Part shown: positions 57,652-64,000 of the stretch, piece by piece
How the letters are laid out: each line of letters starts with the position of its first letter
Position numbering within the stretch: position 1 is the stretch's first letter
Assembly (NCBI GenBank): GCA_965228895.1
Contig: OZ245842.1
Span: forward strand, 3,520,001-3,584,000
DNA from: Alphaproteobacteria bacterium
GTDB lineage: Bacteria; Pseudomonadota; Alphaproteobacteria; SP197
DNA length: 64,000 nt
Reading direction: 5' to 3'
Made by a program: the position numbers and the translations under genes
Notes under the pieces: model-generated
What the model was told of the DNA's origin: nothing
Seen by the model: only the letters and a program-made list of their open reading frames with translations
Database searches by the model: none

Positions 57652-58389
57652 CTAGTCCTGAGCCTGCAAGGCTCTCTCCAGGTCGCGCAACTGGTCCTGT
57701 TGCGCCGGGCTCAAGCTCAGATCCTCGGGCGTTGCGAGCGCCTCAACATCGATATCGCCGCCGGCATCCGCGATGTCCTTGCCCTGCTCGTCGGGCGGTC
57801 TGAGAACGGCCAGAGCGGACACATCGACCACCTCGCCGGTATCGGCCAGATAGATCTGGTGGGGCCGCAGCGTGAAGACGCGGCGGTCTTCCGGCCGTGA
57901 CGCATCGGGCATCCAGACCAGGTCGACATAGTCCGGCCCGATCGCGTTGACGCGCAGATCGCCCGGCATGCTGTCGGGCGTCACGTGATCACCGTTGAGC
58001 CACAAGGACCAGCGCGTCGGACTGAAGTAGAGCAAGGCATCCAAACGGAAGTCGCGCAGCACAACCGGCGCAACGGCCACCGGCTCGCCGGTCGCCGCGC
58101 TATCGGGCACACCGTCGGCGCCGGTCACGGCAAGGCGCACGGCAGCATCGATCAGAGCGGCTTCGCGCTCGGTCAGCATAAGGTTGTCGCGCGCGATGAT
58201 GCGCAGAACGTCCTCGTCGCTCAGCCCGCTGTCAATCTGTAGCTGCTGGACCACGGGCAGCTCGATGGTGGGCGCAGCCGCCTCATCGCCATCGTCGTCC
58301 TGGGCCGCCGCCCAGCCCGCGACAACCGCAACCGACAACACGAACGTGCCCAGCATAATTCCGGTATGGCGGGTCACACGGCCCATCAC
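57652..58389 (-). CDS. Secreted pilus accessory protein (PilP-like position)
   Basis: Signal peptide, LDALLYFSP..WSLWLNG beta domain; last gene of the pilB-pilC run. Confidence 0.6.
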   Translation of the reverse strand: MMGRVTRHTGIMLGTFVLSVAVVAGWAAAQDDDGDEAAAPTIELPVVQQLQIDSGLSDEDVLRIIARDNLMLTEREAALIDAAVRLAVTGADGVPDSAATGEPVAVAPVVLRDFRLDALLYFSPTRWSLWLNGDHVTPDSMPGDLRVNAIGPDYVDLVWMPDASRPEDRRVFTLRPHQIYLADTGEVVDVSALAVLRPPDEQGKDIADAGGDIDVEALATPEDLSLSPAQQDQLRDLERALQAQD

Positions 58390-59087
58390 GACTCATCCCA
58401 ATCGTCGTTGTCGTCGTCGTTGTCGTCGTCATCATCGTCCCCACTGCCGGCCACGACGACCGCATTGTTCCAGTTGATAGACAGCGTGCCTTCGAACACG
58501 GCAACGCGTTCGCCGGCAATGATTTGGTCCAGCAATCCATCGGAGATATCGCTGACCCGCCGAACGCTCAGCGCGTCGACCTGGACCTGACCGTCCAATC
58601 GGCCGATGAACTCAGCGACAAAACCCAGAATCTGCGTATCCGTCAGGCTGCGGATCTCCAGGCCGATTTCCGTTCTGGTCAGATGCAGATCGGTGCCGTC
58701 GTCACCCTTGATCTCCTCGACCAGTTCAGGCCGGAAGTCGTAACCCAGGAACACCAGTCCGTACTTCGGACCCAGTTCCTCCAGCAACTGTGCAGCGCGC
58801 AGACGGCTCTGCTCGGTCAGGAAGCCGGAAGCGACGATCGTCTCGTAACGCTCGCCCTGAGCCTGCACGACGGCGATCTCATCCTTCAGTTCGCCGATAC
58901 GCTCGTTGAACTCCTCGGTTTCCCATTCAAGGCTGCCGATCTCGATCAGCTTCTGCTGGTTCCGGGCCTCGATCTCGCTGGAATAGTGGACGACCGCGCC
59001 ACCGACGACGATCAGCACGATCATGGGGATGATCAGCCGCCGTGCGATGGCCTTCAGCACCTGCGGTGTCAGGTAATTGAGATTCAT
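58386..59087 (-). CDS. Pilus alignment-complex protein (PilO-like) with acidic tail
   Basis: N-terminal TM, coiled coil, ferredoxin-like alpha/beta pattern; poly-Asp C-terminus. Confidence 0.6.
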   Translation of the reverse strand: MNLNYLTPQVLKAIARRLIIPMIVLIVVGGAVVHYSSEIEARNQQKLIEIGSLEWETEEFNERIGELKDEIAVVQAQGERYETIVASGFLTEQSRLRAAQLLEELGPKYGLVFLGYDFRPELVEEIKGDDGTDLHLTRTEIGLEIRSLTDTQILGFVAEFIGRLDGQVQVDALSVRRVSDISDGLLDQIIAGERVAVFEGTLSINWNNAVVVAGSGDDDDDDNDDDNDDWDES

Positions 59088-60652
59088 GACGCCGCCTCGC
59101 TCTGCTCGACCGTCGGCAGGATGATACTGATGACGGCGGCGAACCCGGTCTCACCCTCACCATGCGGATCACCCAGGGCGACTTCGCCGATCAGGTTCTG
59201 GTTCGGCAGAATGTCGACCGGCGGGTCGGTCACGCGCACCTCGAAACCCGGCATGATCGCGGCCATGCGTTCGGCCAGCGCATTGGTCACGACAACGGCG
59301 TCTTCCATGTCGCCGATGGCGCTGTCCAGATGGACCGTCAAGGCCAGACGAATGTCGCGCAAGCCCGCCTCTTCTTCGACCGTCCAATCGACTTCATGCA
59401 CCACGACGTCCGGTCCCAGCGTCGGGCCGATCAACGCAAGAAACGGCATCGGCGACGGCGCGTTGGTCGAGAGCCGATCATAGGTCGCCACCGTGTCGGC
59501 GACCTCAGGCGCGGAAACCAGGAAACTCGCGGCAAGGTTGGCGGTCGCTTCCAGTTCGGCGTCGCGTTCCGTCGCCATCAGCGTGATGTCACGGTAGGTC
59601 CTGTCGATCTCCTGGGATTCGACATAGGCTTCCGATAGACCGAACGTAGCGTAGCCGACGACCAGCGCGATGAAGACATAGGCCGCGCGCGTGGTCAGCG
59701 CGCCCGCGCGTTTTTCGTAGAGCTCCTCGGGCAGCAGCGAGAGGACCGGGCGCCGCTTCTGGGCGAAGACGGCGCCGTGCAGGACCTCGCCATAGCTATC
59801 GGTGGCATCGGCGACACCCGCCAGCTTCAACCGCTCGGCCGCGTCATGGGTGGTCACCATGCGCAGATGCGACGGCGACATGCCGAGGTTGAGCAGTTCC
59901 TGACCGACCTCCAGCGTTCCCACGACGATGATGTCCAGGCCCTGGTCGTCGCTGTAGGACATACGCCGCAAGTAACCCATGCTCAGCTTGTATTCGCGCT
60001 CGATAGTCGCGGCGACTTCGCCGGGACTGGCGTCCTCCGGCAGGCTTTGCGTCAGACGCGTGAACACGAACTCGTCGCCACGAATGACGACCTGGCGGAA
60101 ACCGCCGGTGCGGTGGCGCGTCACCAGCATGACCCATTGCGGCCGGCTGCCGCGCCGATGAAACATGTTGGAGAGGTTGCGCGCCAGCGACACCGCTTCC
60201 AGCGGCAGCAGCGAGAAAGGCTTGACCGGGTTGGGCGCCTGGTTGATCCAGTCGATCCAGCCATCCAGCGCCGGTGATGCCGGCAACCCGGCCAAGAGGT
60301 ACCGGCGATCGCGCCGCTCGCCATCCTGACGGCCCAAATAGTGCGCGGCCTTGATCTTGGCTTCCGAAAACGCGGTGCTCAACCGGCGCTGCAGCATGCC
60401 GGCGGCGTCGAACATGGAGACCGGCGGGATCGACTCCTTGGCGAACGACTGTTCGAGCACGTCGATCAGCGGATAAAGCGGCGTCGAGGGCGAATCCGAC
60501 AGCATCTCGCGCATCTGCGCGCTGTCGCCGGGTTTGCTGGTCGGTGCAAAACACCGGTCGCGCACCCGCGAACCTGTGACGCGCAACAGCACCGCGCCTT
60601 CGTCGCCGATGATCAGGACGAACTTGTTGGACGTGCCGAACGAGAGGTTCAT
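59084..60652 (-). CDS. Pilus alignment-complex protein (PilM/PilN- or GspL-like)
   Basis: FVLIIGDEGAVL N-terminus, GGFRQVV...FTRL, single TM near residue 360, periplasmic C-terminal domain; directly follows pilC. Confidence 0.65.
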   Translation of the reverse strand: MNLSFGTSNKFVLIIGDEGAVLLRVTGSRVRDRCFAPTSKPGDSAQMREMLSDSPSTPLYPLIDVLEQSFAKESIPPVSMFDAAGMLQRRLSTAFSEAKIKAAHYLGRQDGERRDRRYLLAGLPASPALDGWIDWINQAPNPVKPFSLLPLEAVSLARNLSNMFHRRGSRPQWVMLVTRHRTGGFRQVVIRGDEFVFTRLTQSLPEDASPGEVAATIEREYKLSMGYLRRMSYSDDQGLDIIVVGTLEVGQELLNLGMSPSHLRMVTTHDAAERLKLAGVADATDSYGEVLHGAVFAQKRRPVLSLLPEELYEKRAGALTTRAAYVFIALVVGYATFGLSEAYVESQEIDRTYRDITLMATERDAELEATANLAASFLVSAPEVADTVATYDRLSTNAPSPMPFLALIGPTLGPDVVVHEVDWTVEEEAGLRDIRLALTVHLDSAIGDMEDAVVVTNALAERMAAIMPGFEVRVTDPPVDILPNQNLIGEVALGDPHGEGETGFAAVISIILPTVEQSEAAS

Positions 60653-60710
60653 GGCTGACCTGCCGACGTGAAGCGGGTTATTGGCGGCTGATGTTGCATC
60701 GGGCCCCGTC

Positions 60711-61922
60711 CTAGAAGCCCATGTTGCCGAAGTTGTCATAGATCGGGCCGAGGACACCCAGCACGACCCACAACACGACAGCGCCGATCGCGATGGTCAG
60801 CGCCGGTTCGATCGAGCTGATCATCGACGTCACGGCATTGTCGACCTCGCGGTCGTAGAAATAGCCGATGTTCTCCAAGGCATCGTTCAGTTTGCCCGAC
60901 TCCTCGCCGATCTTGAACATGCGCACGACCAGATGCGGAAACTGCCCGGTCGACTCGAGCGAGGCCGAGAGCGAGCTACCGCTCTGCACGTTCTGGCGCG
61001 CCATTTTGAGGGACTCCGCCAGCATCTTGTTGGCGACCACCCGACGGCCCGTATCGATGCAGTTCAAGACATCGATACCGCTTTGAAACGTCAACGCGAA
61101 GAAATGCGCGAAGCGCGCCAATGCCAGCTTCTTCAGCACCGGGCCAACGCCCGGAATGCGGAACTTCATGGCGTCGAACCAATAGGAGAAGCCGTCGAAG
61201 AACCGCAGCATGAACGTCACGATCAAAAACCCGATAACGGGCAAAGCAAGCACCACCCACCAATAGGCGGCGAAGAAGTTCGATGTCGCGATCAGCGCGC
61301 GTGTCATGAAAGGCAGCTCGCCGGATGTCGAAATCAGGAACTCCGACACCTGCGGCACGACAAACACCATCATCATAAAGATAACGCCCATGACCATGAT
61401 CATCATGAACAGGGGGTAACGCGTCGCCTTCTTGATCTTCGACGCCATCTCGCCCTGCCACTTCAGATGGTCGGCCAGATGGCCGAAGGCGTTCGACAGA
61501 TTGCCGCTCTGTTCGCCGGCGGCGACGACGCCGGTAAAGACGGCATTGAAGACGCGCGGATGCATCTCCAGCGCGCGGCTGAGGTACATGCCGTCGCTGA
61601 CGTTCTTGACGACTTCGGAAAGAATGTCCTGTAGGCGGCCAGAATCAGTCGCCTCCCGCACATCGTTCAGCGCATCCAGCAACGGCACGCCCGCACGGTC
61701 CAGCTGCTGTAGATGAATGCACAACTGCACCATGTCGTCGTTGGTGATCTTCTTCTGCAGAAAGGTCGTGACCTTGCTTTGACGTACTTCGCCATGACGG
61801 ATCAGGTCCAGGCCCATGACTCTCAGGTTCGATTCAAGGTCCATGACGTTGACCGCGTTCAACGTGCCGGAGACATTGCGGCCGCTTTGGTTCATGGCGC
61901 GGTACTTGTAGAGCGGCATCAA
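60711..61922 (-). CDS. pilC: Type IV pilus / T2SS inner membrane platform protein (PilC/GspF)
   Basis: YKYRAMN.SG, AGVPLLDAL, AGEQSGNL, KKATRYP, IGEESGKL, IEPAL. Confidence 0.92.
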   Translation of the reverse strand: MMPLYKYRAMNQSGRNVSGTLNAVNVMDLESNLRVMGLDLIRHGEVRQSKVTTFLQKKITNDDMVQLCIHLQQLDRAGVPLLDALNDVREATDSGRLQDILSEVVKNVSDGMYLSRALEMHPRVFNAVFTGVVAAGEQSGNLSNAFGHLADHLKWQGEMASKIKKATRYPLFMMIMVMGVIFMMMVFVVPQVSEFLISTSGELPFMTRALIATSNFFAAYWWVVLALPVIGFLIVTFMLRFFDGFSYWFDAMKFRIPGVGPVLKKLALARFAHFFALTFQSGIDVLNCIDTGRRVVANKMLAESLKMARQNVQSGSSLSASLESTGQFPHLVVRMFKIGEESGKLNDALENIGYFYDREVDNAVTSMISSIEPALTIAIGAVVLWVVLGVLGPIYDNFGNMGF

Positions 61923-64000
61923 AACAGCCTGTCGGTCATGTTGATGTGGCGCACCAGCTCGGCGATGCTGGTCTCGCCGGCAAGCACCTTCGCGACACCG
62001 TCATCGCCCATGGTCTTGAAGCCGTGCTTGCGCGCGCAAGACAGAAGCTCGACACGCGACGCCTGTTTGGCGACGAGCTCGTCCATCTCGTCGTTGAAAC
62101 CCAGAATTTCGACCGCCGCCACACGGCCCCGGTAACCCCGGTTGTCGCAGGCTTCGCAGCCGATGGGATGCCAGACTTCCGGTGCGTCGGCGGGGTCGAC
62201 ACCCAGCGCCTGGCATTCGTCTTCGCTTGCCGGGCGCGCTTCCTTGCAGGCATCGCACAGGCGGCGGACCAGACGTTGGGCCAGGATACCGATGACGTGG
62301 CCAGCCAGCATGGACGGGTTGAGTTTCAGATCGACCAAACGCGGAATGGCACCCAACGCGTCGTTGGTATGCAAGGTCGTATAGACCTGATGGCCGGTCA
62401 TCGCCGCGCGCAACGCCATGGTCGCGGTGTCTTCGTCGCGCACCTCGCCGATGAACACGATGTCCGGGTCCTGGCGCAGGATCGAGCGCACGCCTTCGCC
62501 GAACGACATGCCGGCGGCCTCGCGGATGTGGGACTGGCGGATCAGCGGCAGTTCGTACTCGACCGGGTCTTCGAGGGTCATGATGTTGACCTCGACCGAG
62601 TTGATCTTCTCCAGCATCGCGTAAAGCGTCGTCGTCTTACCGGAACCGGTCGGGCCGGTGATGACGATGATGCCTTCCGGGCGCTTCAAGAGCGTACCCA
62701 TGACCCGCGTGTTGTGCTGGCTGAAGCCAAGCTCCTCCAACGGCTTCAGCGACTTGTGCTTATCCAGTACGCGGATGACGATGTTCTCGCCATGCACGGT
62801 CGGGTGCGATGCGACACGGAAGTCGACCTCGCGCCCGCCGACCTGAATGCTCATGCGGCCATCCTGCGGGTTGCGCGTGTCGGCGATGTTCATGCCGGAA
62901 ATGATCTTGATGCGCACCGAGATCGCCGGCCAATAGTCCTTATGGAACGTGCGCACCTGGGTCAGGATGCCGTCGACGCGGTAGCGCAGGCGAACGAACA
63001 CGCCTTCCGGCTCGAAATGCATGTCGGACGCGCCGACCTTCACCGAGTCCATGATGATTGCGCTGACCAAGCGCACGGTCGGGTTGACGTAACCGTCCTC
63101 GGTCGTCAGGGCCTGAATGTCGACGACGCCGGTTTCGATCTCGCGCAGGATGCCGTCGATCGACATCTCGTAGCCATAGAGCCGGTCGATCGCTTCGACG
63201 AGATCCTGCTCGGAGGTGAGCAGCGGCAGGATTTCGATGTCGCGCGGGAAACAGCGGCGCAACTGATCAAGCGCCAGAACGTCATAGGGATCCGACATCG
63301 CCGCTTGCAGGACGTCATCGACCAGCGCGACCGGCAGCACGGCATGTTTCGACGCGATCTCCTTGGGCACCTGCTTGATCAGATCGGCATCGAACATCGC
63401 GGTCGCGGGATCGAACTGATCGAGGCCGGTGGATTCCGCCAGCACCGCCGACAGTGCCGACTGCGTGATGAAACCGAGTTCGACGAAGACTTCACCCAGC
63501 AGCTTGTCGCCGCGCATACGTTCGCGCATGGCGACATCAAGCTGGTCCTGGGAGATCAGGCCGAGTTCGCGCAGACGCTCGCCCAACCGCACTTGTTTGA
63601 CCTGGCGGGTCGCGGGCGCACCGGGGGGACGCGTGGGCTGGGCGGGCTCCTCCAACATCTGGGCCATGTCAGGCATAGGCGGGATCGCCGGCATTTCGGG
63701 CACAGGCGGCGTATCGTCGGAATCTGGCGGGGCTTCCGAGGCCTGGTCAGTCTTGGCCACATCGTTGGCGGCAGCGACGGTTTCGTTGCCATCGACGCGA
63801 ATGTCGAAACTTGGTTTTGGTGCGGCATCAGACGCGACGCCTGTATCCGACGGCGATCCCGATCGAACCGGCGGCGGCGGTGGTGGTGGCGCGCTCTGGC
63901 GTTTGGCCGCACCGGCGCCCTTGCCCATGTCAGCGGCGCCCAGATCCGCGGCCACGGCCAGCGGTTTACCTGGATTGCCCGGCTTGCCGAACACTGCCAT
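61919..64000 (-). CDS. pilB: Type IV pilus assembly ATPase (PilB/GspE/MshE) with MshEN-like domain
   Basis: ASDMHFEP, PQDGR, GPTGSGKTTTLY, LRQDPD, tetra-Cys motif; ATG lies at the window edge, so the start could be further out. Confidence 0.93.
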   Translation of the reverse strand: MAVFGKPGNPGKPLAVAADLGAADMGKGAGAAKRQSAPPPPPPPVRSGSPSDTGVASDAAPKPSFDIRVDGNETVAAANDVAKTDQASEAPPDSDDTPPVPEMPAIPPMPDMAQMLEEPAQPTRPPGAPATRQVKQVRLGERLRELGLISQDQLDVAMRERMRGDKLLGEVFVELGFITQSALSAVLAESTGLDQFDPATAMFDADLIKQVPKEIASKHAVLPVALVDDVLQAAMSDPYDVLALDQLRRCFPRDIEILPLLTSEQDLVEAIDRLYGYEMSIDGILREIETGVVDIQALTTEDGYVNPTVRLVSAIIMDSVKVGASDMHFEPEGVFVRLRYRVDGILTQVRTFHKDYWPAISVRIKIISGMNIADTRNPQDGRMSIQVGGREVDFRVASHPTVHGENIVIRVLDKHKSLKPLEELGFSQHNTRVMGTLLKRPEGIIVITGPTGSGKTTTLYAMLEKINSVEVNIMTLEDPVEYELPLIRQSHIREAAGMSFGEGVRSILRQDPDIVFIGEVRDEDTATMALRAAMTGHQVYTTLHTNDALGAIPRLVDLKLNPSMLAGHVIGILAQRLVRRLCDACKEARPASEDECQALGVDPADAPEVWHPIGCEACDNRGYRGRVAAVEILGFNDEMDELVAKQASRVELLSCARKHGFKTMGDDGVAKVLAGETSIAELVRHINMTDRLF

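Noticed and set aside
58390-58440. GTC/GTT trinucleotide-like repeat as a contingency locus or CRISPR
   Set aside because: Imperfect and simply encodes a poly-Asp/Asn C-terminal tail.

Overview
GC-rich chromosomal window, most likely from an alphaproteobacterium (Rhodospirillales-like; inferred from gene content and typical palindromic repeats). Left to right it holds: a truncated GbsR regulator, DMT transporter and SEL1/SPOR protein; a LysR-HD-Rieske catabolic module; two orphan contractile-injection-system spike genes; a ~1.2 kb lower-GC cassette (about 7611-8770, minus strand); duplicated GFA genes; a P450-TetR-PhyH-PhyH-amine dehydrogenase cluster (last gene interrupted by TAA); dppABCDF; a TetR-Rieske fusion gene; and, from 46.6 kb to the end, a complete retractile type IV pilus locus (pilD, secretin, pilin, pilT, pilC, pilB). 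The best candidate for an undescribed system is the lower-GC cassette: sigma70-like promoter, ~170 nt structured RNA closed by terminal inverted repeats, a 38-aa membrane peptide missing from the ORF track, and a very small atypical reverse transcriptase (YVDD). A hairpin loop of the RNA is complementary over 8 nt to the peptide's Shine-Dalgarno sequence, suggesting an RT-controlled translational lock on a small membrane toxin. All family calls come from motif recognition by eye; no searches were run. No rRNA, tRNA or CRISPR array was recognised.
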